DNA from: Entomortierella parvispora E1425
Lineage: Eukaryota > Fungi > Mortierellomycota
Direction: 5' to 3'
DNA: 64,000 nucleotides
NCBI GenBank assembly: GCA_020891255.1
Contig: BQFW01000007.1
Coordinates: 1,984,001-2,048,000 of the forward strand
Shown here one piece after another: positions 1-9,476 of the stretch; position 1 is the first letter of the stretch, and the number at the start of each line of letters is the position of its first letter. The notes beneath the pieces are model-generated. The model did no database searches, was not told the DNA's origin, and was given only the letters and a program-made list of their open reading frames with translations. A program made the translations under genes and the position numbers.

Positions 1-2
1 AT

Positions 3-488
3 GTCTTCAACCGACGAGTGCTGAATCACCAAGATAGCGAGGAAGAAGGTGAACAGGACATAGGACGGTACCGGAATGGAGGACAAGTCAAGTTTCAACA
101 GACAGCATCCCCCAAATCTTCCAACCCACGATCTGCTGCTGGTGGAGGCAGTCGAGACCATTGGCGGCATGGTCGTCACAGCACAGAGTCCGAGTCGAGC
201 GAATACGACCAAGAGGAGGAGGACACTCACGGCAACCCCCGATCTCATTCCCAAATACCGTTCAAGAGCAGTCTTGGGGATTCATTTGTTTCCGAGATTG
301 GACAGTCTTCTGGCAATCGTTCAGGGTCGGGCGGAAGGCGAGGAGGAGCTGGGTCTGGAAACGCAGGAGGATCAAAGGCTAGTGGTGATGACATGGCGGA
401 TTCGTTCGAGAATGAACGGGACTCTCAAAAGAAGGGCGTCTTTGGTCTCTTGAATCAGATCTACGAGATGAACAATGTCACCAAGTAA
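3..488 (+). CDS. C-terminal fragment of a gene entering from the left, probably autophagy protein Atg9
   Basis: The frame is open from the window edge to TAA at 486-488. A disordered S/G/E-rich tail contains SSLGDSF and ends KKGVFGLLNQIYE, which resembles my recollection of fungal Atg9 C-termini (GVLGL-x-x-Q/E-Y/F). No core domain is visible. Confidence 0.45.
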   Translation, partial: VFNRRVLNHQDSEEEGEQDIGRYRNGGQVKFQQTASPKSSNPRSAAGGGSRDHWRHGRHSTESESSEYDQEEEDTHGNPRSHSQIPFKSSLGDSFVSEIGQSSGNRSGSGGRRGGAGSGNAGGSKASGDDMADSFENERDSQKKGVFGLLNQIYEMNNVTK

Positions 489-840
489 AACCAACACCCC
501 TCCTTTTCTCAATACGTAAAAAAAAAAGCCCCCCCCCCCCTCGCTCAAACAGCTCAAACGTGCATGTCCCACCAGCTCTTTTTTCAATTGTTATCAGATC
601 AAATCGTCTGTGCGTCTTCTTGCGCGTTCCTTGACCCCCACACGATCATCCAGAAAGCTAAAACAAATGCAACCATGTCGCACAGGTGTACAAAAAAAAC
701 AAACACAAAGCTTCCTGGGGGCTGTTTTTGTTTTTTGTTTGTCTATGGTACAATATATTGGACAGGAAAAAGAAGCGATTACTCTAAACGCTATGAAACT
801 ATCCTGTGTCTCTGTGTCTGTGTGGTGTTTTTTCACTGAT

Positions 841-3800
841 TCACCACTCACATACGCCGCCTCCGAGGCATCCGCCAGAGCAAACACCAGTCTCGCGGTC
901 GGTTTGTACATTGGTGGGTGTGAGCGTTCCAGAAGCATCCATGGTGTGTTGGCGCGTTCCCTGGGTCGTTGTTTCTGGGAGAGGAAGAGAGGCAGAGCTT
1001 GCGCCCGAGCTTGAGGCAGGAGCAGACGATGAGGACCATGAGCGAGGACGTCGGCCAATTACGGGCCAGTAAGTTTGACCTCCTTTGCACGTTCGCATGC
1101 CATGGCTCGCTGCCGATCGCCTTGGACTCGTCGGTACCGATCCTGGTGGAGAGCCATCCAAGAAATCATCCTCCTCTGGAACACCCCCTTTACAGCTCTC
1201 TCCATCTTCATTACATCCCCGTGAGGTCGCGATGACCGGCGGGAGATGACCCGTCAAAGGGCCTGGGAAAGCAGAGCTTGATGAAGGTGTCGAAGGGCCT
1301 CCAGCTTCTTCCGCCTCCAGCTGCTCGCTGGCTTTGCGCCAGCAAGAAGAGGAGCAGAAACGAACTCGTCGAGCCACAGCAGGGTGGCCCAAGTATGACT
1401 TGACACGTACAGAGCTGACCCATTCCTTCACATAGGGTCTCCGACAGAATCCGCAAGGCCTCGCTCCAGGCTCCAGGTAGTCAATGACCTGTTCAGGGAT
1501 ATACTCCAGAGGAAGAGGCTGACCTCTGTGAAGAACAGCTCTAGCAGCCAATTCTCGAAGGGTCGGGAAGAATGTCGGGGTTGTCGTAGTGGCCGGCAAA
1601 GAGCCAAGCAAGGGCGACACCGATGTACTTGAGCTAGCTGGTGGTTCCTGAAGACTCAACTGCTCCATGGCCGAGCTGAATGACTGTCCCTGTCCCTGAG
1701 AAGAGACGGGTGATGCTACGAGAGGGGTGGCGATGGCTGTGGGTGACGTCTGAATGGGCTGAGGAAGTAGTAAAGCCGTAGGAGTCGAGAATCCGGCGCC
1801 ATCGAAAATGGTGGGCTCTGCAGCGGCCACACCGGGTGAGATGGCAGCTGTGGTGATGTTCGTTGAAGAGCTGGCCAGCGAAGGAATATAGTCAAAGAAA
1901 GAGTCAATATCCGAGATCACAGCCTCAGCATGGACACGCGGTGTAGATGGCCTAGACTGGTCCATCCACGAACCACTATAATCACTGCTGTAGCCCTCGT
2001 TCAAACTGTTCATAGACTCTGCACGTGAAGGAGGCCGCGATGATAGGGCATGTCGGGTATAATAGAGATGATAATCCAATCTCTCGTCTTGATCCATCTC
2101 GTAGCCACTCTCGGGGGTGCTGGTTGGGGGTCTGGGCGATTCTCGACCACTGCCTGCTGCTAGACTCGCCAGCGTGGGGACATGGCCCGAAGACGACGAT
2201 GAGGCGGCCGAGTTGAGAATGGCTCGTCGTGAGAGACTCTTGAGGACAGCCGCGTATCGATCCTCGTCCGTTGGGTAGTTGATTCCCAGGCCTCCAATCT
2301 CGCTGATAGGGTTCCGGTTGGCATCACAGTAGCCGCGCGTGAAAGGGTTGCCGGTCAGCAGCAGTGTCGTCTTTGTCAGAAAGTCAGCCACATCACCCGG
2401 GATCACGCAGAGCAAGTTCTCGCTGAGGTCGAGTGTATCCAGCTGCTTCAGATCTGCAATCTCGGTTGGTAGACTTGTAAGCTGGTTGCGGCCAAGGTTG
2501 AGGCTTCGAAGCTCCTTACACATACCAATCGACTTTGGAATCGCCTCCAGCTTGTTGTCGGAAGCCACCAGTTGACGAAGATGCGATCCCGGATGTCCAA
2601 TGTCTGAAGGCAAGAAACACAGTTTGTTGTGACTGAGGTCAAGCTCGCGAAGGGCACCCATATACTGGATACAGTCCTTTGGAAAGCTTGTCAACAAGTT
2701 GCCGCCGTAGACCGAGCCCATTGACAGCGATTCTAGCTTCTCAAGACGGGCCATTGTGTATGGCAATGATGTAATTTGGTTGGCACAAAGACGCAGGGTC
2801 TTGAGTTGTGTCAGGCTTGAGCAGATTTGGAATGGGACTGGACCCTCAATCCTGTTCTGGGACATGATCAGGACCTGAAGCTGCGAAAGCCGGCAAAGCT
2901 GCAGGGGGATCTCTGTGAACTGGTTATGGGACAGGTTCAAATAGACTAGATGAGGGACCAGGGACGTAATATTGCCTGGGAGCCGTTCGAGTTTGTTCCG
3001 GGAGAGATCCATCTCTGTGAGATGCAGGAGCGGAGACTGGAGAACAGACATTGCCTGAAAGTCCAGCGTGGGTTTCAGGGTCTGGAGGTAATGCTCCAGG
3101 TGTTGGGGATCCAAACTGGGCTGCAGGTTCTGAAGGTATCGTTCCAGTTGCTCACAGTCTAGTCGTCTCCGCCGAAGGATTAGTGACGTGACTGGGGCAT
3201 GGGATTCGCGGTCTTGTTCCTGGATGAACGTTGAGGAGGACGTTGGTCGGACGACGTTGATATCGATATGGTCCTTGTCGATGCGCTTGGGCGAGCGTCT
3301 CTTGTTCACATGTCGACCAAGGGGCGCAAGAACAGGGTTGTCGATACAGGACTCAATATCCATGACCTCCTCTATCGTATCCACTGATGCTGTGGCGTGC
3401 TTGGGCGATGTTGGAGAGGATGGGTTGCTGTAAGGGTTGCTCGCCGGTGTCTTCTTGGCCATCAATGAGCTAGAGAACGACGATGACGATGACAAGGACG
3501 ACGATATTGTTGTTTGTGGTCGCCTCGATGGCTGACTTCCGAAAGGATCAGATAATGAAGCAGGGGGGACGAGCGAGGGGAGAGAGGATTTTTGTTTTTG
3601 GGCAAGGGGGGGAAAAGAGAGGGTGGAGGAGGATGATGGTCCGAACGAGGATGGTATAGAGGACATGGCTGACTGCTTGTTGGAGGATGCACCATGGATA
3701 TTGACCACGACGGGTCCATCATGACCTTGGGTCAAACTGATGGTCGGTGCCAGGGTGTGTGAATTTGACTGTACAAAGGAAAGGGACGGAGAGTGGATGG

Positions 3801-4248
3801 GAACGGGCTGGACAAGGTGCAAAACGGACCCGCTTGTCATTGATGACTGGCGAGGGCCACTTTGACTGGCGTCCATGCTGCCCTGTTCTCGACTACCACT
3901 GCCCATGCTCAGACTACCATCCGTGTCCAGGTCCAGCCGGTGCAGGCTATTGCGGAGGGTGGAATCTGTCCAAGATCCCGAGGTTGACACAAGGGTGGAG
4001 GATGCCATGTGGTTGGGTGGAGTTACTGGAGAGGACGAGGAGGAAGAGTTGAGATATCGTGGAGACTGCAAGGGAGTTTTGGTATAGTGCAACGGTTGTT
4101 GTTGACTGTGGATTTGACGATGGGAATGGGGATGGTGCCGCACAGCGTGTTGTTGTTGATGCTGTTGACGGGGAGGGAGTGGAGGCAGAGCGAGCGACGG
4201 AAGAGGAGGAGGTGGGGGCAGGCGGTGATGATTATCCTGCACACTCAT
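841..4248 (-). CDS. Intronless leucine-rich-repeat protein (~1135 aa) with a C-terminal BC-box-like and Cys-rich module (LRRC58/LRRC28-like architecture)
   Basis: ATG at 4248 (MSVQDN). About 9 LRRs (LxxLxLSxNxL) lie at ~2330-3080. FPTLRELAARAV is followed by CGFC...FCSSSC at ~1320-1570. The flanks are long and low-complexity. Confidence 0.8.
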   Translation of the reverse strand: MSVQDNHHRLPPPPPLPSLALPPLPPRQQHQQQHAVRHHPHSHRQIHSQQQPLHYTKTPLQSPRYLNSSSSSSPVTPPNHMASSTLVSTSGSWTDSTLRNSLHRLDLDTDGSLSMGSGSREQGSMDASQSGPRQSSMTSGSVLHLVQPVPIHSPSLSFVQSNSHTLAPTISLTQGHDGPVVVNIHGASSNKQSAMSSIPSSFGPSSSSTLSFPPLAQKQKSSLPSLVPPASLSDPFGSQPSRRPQTTISSSLSSSSSFSSSLMAKKTPASNPYSNPSSPTSPKHATASVDTIEEVMDIESCIDNPVLAPLGRHVNKRRSPKRIDKDHIDINVVRPTSSSTFIQEQDRESHAPVTSLILRRRRLDCEQLERYLQNLQPSLDPQHLEHYLQTLKPTLDFQAMSVLQSPLLHLTEMDLSRNKLERLPGNITSLVPHLVYLNLSHNQFTEIPLQLCRLSQLQVLIMSQNRIEGPVPFQICSSLTQLKTLRLCANQITSLPYTMARLEKLESLSMGSVYGGNLLTSFPKDCIQYMGALRELDLSHNKLCFLPSDIGHPGSHLRQLVASDNKLEAIPKSIGMCKELRSLNLGRNQLTSLPTEIADLKQLDTLDLSENLLCVIPGDVADFLTKTTLLLTGNPFTRGYCDANRNPISEIGGLGINYPTDEDRYAAVLKSLSRRAILNSAASSSSSGHVPTLASLAAGSGRESPRPPTSTPESGYEMDQDERLDYHLYYTRHALSSRPPSRAESMNSLNEGYSSDYSGSWMDQSRPSTPRVHAEAVISDIDSFFDYIPSLASSSTNITTAAISPGVAAAEPTIFDGAGFSTPTALLLPQPIQTSPTAIATPLVASPVSSQGQGQSFSSAMEQLSLQEPPASSSTSVSPLLGSLPATTTTPTFFPTLRELAARAVLHRGQPLPLEYIPEQVIDYLEPGARPCGFCRRPYVKEWVSSVRVKSYLGHPAVARRVRFCSSSCWRKASEQLEAEEAGGPSTPSSSSAFPGPLTGHLPPVIATSRGCNEDGESCKGGVPEEDDFLDGSPPGSVPTSPRRSAASHGMRTCKGGQTYWPVIGRRPRSWSSSSAPASSSGASSASLPLPETTTQGTRQHTMDASGTLTPTNVQTDRETGVCSGGCLGGGVCEW

Positions 4249-4420
4249 CGTGTCACAGACTCGGGCGTTCAAGGGCTGCAGCGGGTGGGCATGAAGGCTG
4301 GCGGGAACGGTCCTGGTCAGAGTCGTTGTGGGTGTGGCTGCGTGGGGATATGTCCTCGGGGGAAGTGGTCTGTCTGCAGAATCAGGATTCAGACAGGTTA
4401 GATCAATGCAGTGGACAGAC

Positions 4421-4426
<6 letters not shown>

Positions 4427-4462
<36 letters not shown>
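4427..4462. repeat. (AG)18 microsatellite upstream of the LRR gene
   Basis: Direct reading of the sequence. Confidence 0.95.
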
Positions 4463-4466
<4 letters not shown>

Positions 4467-4903
4467 AGGATGATGGATGCAGAGCATGCCATGCATGTAC
4501 GTTTTTTTCTTCTTTTAATGTCGGGAACTTACTCAGATCAGATCAGATGACAGGTGGCTCGGGATGACACGATGGGACGATGACGAAGGATTAGGGCGCA
4601 AAGCACAGAGGAGAAGAGAGGTGCAAAGAGAGTAGGGATGTGGAGTACGAGTGAATGGCAGAGAGGGTGGAATGCTGTAAACTATGACAAAGAAATGCAG
4701 GCGCTTTCGTTTTTTTTTCTTCCTGCTGGACAGACGACAAAGGACATGCCACTCCAATCAGATAAGTCGGCGATCAGATAAATTGGTTTTTTTGTGTCTC
4801 GCCTGAGTCGGAAGTGCGGGTGGCTTGTAATCTCGAGCCTTTGTCATTTACAGAGCGAGGTACGCTGGTGAACCTCTCTTATTGACATACAGGGAAAACG
4901 CGT

Positions 4904-6858
4904 TTATTTCAGAAGCCTGGGCGAGTTGACAGGCGTTGAGAGGGTGGGAACGACGGGTCTGATCACGGCCAACGCAGGTTTGTGGCCCTTCTTCCAGGTT
5001 GCAATGTTGGTGCTGTAGGTCGTCAGCTCCTTGCGGAGAATCATGACCTGCCCAATGACGGCTGTGATCTCCTCCGCAGTGATCTTAGTCCACTTTGGCG
5101 GGAAGGAGACGCTAGTTTCATAAAACAACTGGTCAAACCGTCCATCCCGCTGCCGGAGAGTGTACAGGTGCATCGAACCTGCGGCAAGCCGTAAACCGTA
5201 AGCAACAAGCTGGGGGTATACTGCTTCAGGAACCTTGGCGCGCATCACATCGACCATGTCTTTTGTAAACTTGCCAATTTTCAGTGTATCATGAAGAGCC
5301 TTGATCGACCGAGGGCCAGCATCCTTCTTCGCCGCCTCTAATACACATATCTCCAGTCCTGTAGAAGCGCCCAAGACCATGCCATCAGCCTTTCGGCCAA
5401 CGGCTTGTCGTTGACTGTACTCGCGATCGATAGCTTTACGGAGGGACGAAGACGCCGAGCAGTACTCTCCATGCTTGTAGTGTAGCTCTTCTTCCGCACT
5501 GAGGACAAGGGCCATCGGACCCCAAAGCATGTTAAGGAACCAGCCTTCAGACTCTCCAGAAGGCAGCTGGTAATTGTTTTTCTGGTAAACAATATGGAGC
5601 TGAGTCATCCAGTGGTAGACAAGTTTCCTGAAATCATTGTCTGGGTTGCTCTCTGGGGGATTAAGAGATATATCCTTCCAGCCGTTGTCCAACAGCTCGC
5701 CAACCTCTCTGGGGCCCTTGGCAAACAATTCCAGATAGGCGCGTTCCGAATGAGTGAGCTCTTGGAATGGATCTCCGGGCCTAGCCTCCAGGACAGCGCG
5801 AGCCTCGACCTTGTCTTTTTCGTTCTCGAATGCTATTAGAACATCCTCTACATCTGCGATAACAAAGCTGTGCAGCTCTGACTCTGTTAACCGCTCGTTG
5901 GCCGTTTTTCGTGCCCACGCCACTAGAACATCGTCAACGGTCGTGCCCGAGGATAGGACCCACGGCTCACCAAAAAACTTATTAGCGTTCTCAGTAAAGT
6001 TCATTAGCAGGTGGCTAAGAGCACTGGGCGAGAGTTTGCTATTACTGCTGCTGCCACTGCTGGTGCCACTGCTGCTATGGCGACTGTTTCTCCCTCCAGT
6101 GATGGAGCCTGCTGCTGTAGGTGAGCTCTCTTGAAGTTGCTGGGGTTGTGGTAATTGTCGAAGTGCTTTAAGTGCCTTGGGAAGTGCTAGCTGCATCTCA
6201 GCTGATAGTAAGCGAAGGCTGGGGATGTCAACGATGCAGCGCGCTGTTCCTGTGAATGCGGCTATCATGGATGTAATGGCCATCTTCGGCGCCATCTGTG
6301 TCTCCAAGTTTTCTTGATTCTCAGCGGAAAAATAGCGTTGAAGTTTTAGCCATAGCTCATTTATCGTTGTTGGCTTCACATACGGATGATGTGAGCGAAT
6401 GTACTCGGCCATGTTTTCCTTTCTTACTGCTTGAGCTAAGCGTATCGAGAGCACATAGTCTACTGCTGACAAGCGAGTAGCCGATGGACGCCCAAAGGCG
6501 CCAACCACAATGATCCGTTGGAGTTCATGTGCCTAGGGTTCATTGAGAAAGAAGGTTGAAGGGACAAAGTGTGAGCAAACTAGGTCGTGACTCTACACAT
6601 ACGAAGACAATGCCTTGACGAACATGAAAACACCGAGAAATACTCAGGAGGCTCTTACCTCATCAAGTCTCAGCGACAGACGGGTCGATTTGCGTGCCTT
6701 GCTCTAGAAAACCCGGATAAAAAAAGTTGATGCCTGTTAGTATTGCCTCGTGGCGCGCAGCAGTCGACAGGCTGAAGAGAACAATCGATTCCAGTCGCCG
6801 GATGCCACCTCAGCGTCTCGCATACCCTCTCCTCCGTGTTGGCCTGTCGCTTCGTCAT
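4904..6858 (-). CDS. Spliced gene for a PD-(D/E)XK restriction-endonuclease-like fold protein (~570 aa)
   Basis: Predicted exons 6858-6826, 6703-6659 and 6532-4904 join in phase 0 across GT-AG introns (MTKRQANTEER|SKARKSTRLSLRLDE|AHELQRIIVVG...). The C-terminal half carries GRKADG...EICVLEAAK...HDTLKIGKFTKDM. Confidence 0.6.
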
Positions 6859-7232
6859 GCTTTTATTATCAAAGATAGGTGATGGACGAGGAACGATTAA
6901 TATCATGTAGTAGCACGCGTGCTTTTCATACCCGAAAAGCTCTGAAATCTGGCCAAGAGCAATGACCAACACTAAGTTTTGTAATGCCAGGGCTTGCTGG
7001 TGCAACGCTCACGCTCAGCCGCGCATCAACACGCTTTCTGACATGAACTGATGCATTAGCGCGATTCTCAGTTTTATACTTACCTCAATGAGCGACTCGT
7101 CCAAGAACTGACGCAGATGAGTGAGATGAACTGTGCTACAAGATGGCGGAGTGACAGTGCGCAAGATCCTTCAATAATGGCATGAACATCTCGACATCGC
7201 AAGAAAGGCATCAAGTAAGTTACACAACGTCA

Positions 7233-7321
7233 TCTTTTTCAGCGCGTTGCGGAGACCTTGCGATAAACGTCGCAATTGTCTTTTTCAGCGTGTTGCGGAG
7301 ACCTTGCGATAAAACGTCGCA
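7233..7321. repeat. Two-copy tandem repeat, 46-bp period
   Basis: TCTTTTTCAGCG(C/T)GTTGCGGAGACCTTGCGATAAA(A)CGTCGCA at 7233-7274 and 7279-7321. Confidence 0.9.
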
Positions 7322-8063
7322 GTGGGCACATGGGCCTGGTAACGTAGACCATAATAGCAAGATGCTATCATCGCATTGTGCTGGCCATGTAAGTACCTTC
7401 GGCAGTGCTGAGGCTCTCCAATTCCTCAGAATTCCTTGGTCCGAGGTGACACTTTTCTATTCTTTGAGCTGTATCCTCATCTCCGTGGTCATTTTAAAGT
7501 CTGCCCATGGTGTCCTCTGGTTCTGCTTGCTGCTTTCTATATCGTTGTGACTTGTGAGACAAGGTGCTCCCTGGACCAGCTTTCACGCCTTCCTTACTTC
7601 TTAGCAAGGGAAGGCACAGACTCCAATCTAGCTATATTCAAGTTCAGGTTCACGGTCAGATTCGATGCAAGCGCAGGCCTGTACGCCATACAGAAAAAAA
7701 AAAAAAAAAAAAGACACCGCAGGCGCCCATGCCTCAAGAATCCTGTTCGGGTTCAGCCCTGGGATCCCAAACTCAAATTCAGGCTTTATGGACTCCAGAG
7801 CGAAGACCATACCCATTGCAGTAAAAACCAGTGGGTCGGTGAGGGTGTATCACAACACATTGCACACGTCTCATCATGGAGGTCTGTGCATTGAACTGGT
7901 CTAAGCCACCCTTCACACGTGATCGATCATTGGTAATGGGCGTTGCAACTTGCACCCACCATGGAGCGCTCCATCATCCTTTCATCCACTGTCCATTTTT
8001 TACCCTTTGATGTTTTTTTAGGCATAGACCCATAACCGCAATATGCGCGCAAGCCGAAAGTAA

Positions 8064-8786
8064 GGTAATGGCTCAGTTTTAAGTATCATCAGGCATGGCG
8101 TGCGTACGGATGTGAAGAATGAGAGTGAGCTGGGTCCACCTTGGGTCATTTGACCTGCCCTGGATTTGGGCACGCTACTGGAACCTCTCTGTGGGTACAG
8201 AAGACACAAAGCTTAAAGCTTCGCGCTGGCTGTCTTCATATGACCTCCGCCTTCGGCGGTGTTAGTGGTTCTTGTTGCTCTGCTCTCCATCAGACTCGTG
8301 GGTACTAGAGGAAGCCGTGGAAAAGGTGGCACAGTCGGCTCTCGCAATGACCTCTACTCATTTTTTGACATCCACTTCTCGCTGAACGTGAGCTTGGGTT
8401 TGTGTGTGTTCGTGAAGGGTTCAACGCCGTGGGTACAGAAGGCACTAGGCTTAAAGCTTCGCGCTGGCTGCTCTTCACATTACCTCGCTGCACCTGGCCT
8501 GGCCTGGGTGTCGGTGGTGCTACTTGGATCTGGATCGACACAGACAGATAGTTCTGTGGGTAAGAAGGCACTAAGCTTTAAGCTTCGCGCTGGCTGCTCT
8601 TCGCATGACCTCCGCCGCAATTTTGTGGTTGGTGTAGCTATCTGGTGTCGTCGTCCGCGATGACCATAAACGCAATAAGACTTCGCTCAGCTGCGGCTGT
8701 TTTCACCGCTGGGTGACTGGGGCCTTTAATTGCATCAAGGGAGTTGTACGGTTGTGTTTTTTGATGCTTGAGACTGAGCCATTACC
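8064..8786. repeat. Degenerate repeat structure: 25-bp imperfect inverted repeats enclosing three ~61-bp direct repeats (possible non-autonomous TE relic)
   Basis: 8064-8088 matches the reverse complement of 8762-8786 at 22/25 positions. Direct repeats GTGGGTA..GAAG..GCTT(A/T)AAGCTTCGCGCTGGCTG..TCTTC..(T/A)GACCTC start at ~8191, ~8429 and ~8556. Confidence 0.55.
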
Positions 8787-9476
8787 ATTTTCTTCTTTAG
8801 TAACTCGAGTAACAGCATCCAGCCGGTATAAGTTGCTAAATAAACTCTTGGATGCATTGTGCTGATATCATGAATTTGCGTCAACTCGGTTGCTTCCAAC
8901 TTTCGTCAACAAGCTTTATTGTGTATTCAACAGAGTGAGCACGCAAGGGTCGACTGTCATGTTTATCCAGGTCTTCAGCAAAGATCAGTCGAAGATCGAT
9001 GGCACATCTACGCGCGCTGGCTTGATGGAGTTTCCCAAAATAAAGAACAATTTTGGGGGCGGTACAAAAATCGGGCTTCACAGCTGCAGCACGCGAATTC
9101 TTCAAAAACTGAACGGCTGAGGCGGTGGGGTGCCCAGGTGCTGCTCCAGGGACTTTTTTATTTCTGTGGGCAAAGAGAGCGCCGTATATGAAGCTGCGAG
9201 CTAGCGGCGCACGGCAGGGGGCAGCTTGTTTCCGTTCAGATGGTTGTGGGGCCACGGTGTGGAGTGGCAAAATTGGTGAGCTCCAAATTGTGGCTTGTCT
9301 GTCAACTAAAGATACCCTCTCTTATTGACAGTCAGGTACAACGCGCATCGCCTGCTCTCTCGCCCTCTCTCGGCAGAACGACCTTCTCCCCTTTTCTTGC
9401 CTCTTGCTGATCAGCTTTCACTCTTCTTGACCCCTATCACTGGACTCAATTGCAAGGAGCAGAACTCAGCATCGCC

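Noticed and set aside
7076-7085. ATACTTACCT resembling the 5' end of U1 snRNA
   Set aside because: No U1 stem-loops or Sm site follow. It is simply a minus-strand 5' splice site (GAG|GTAAGTAT).
8191-8616. Three spaced ~61-bp repeats, and the LTR internal repeats, as a CRISPR-like array
   Set aside because: Eukaryotic context, irregular spacing, diverged repeats and no cas genes.
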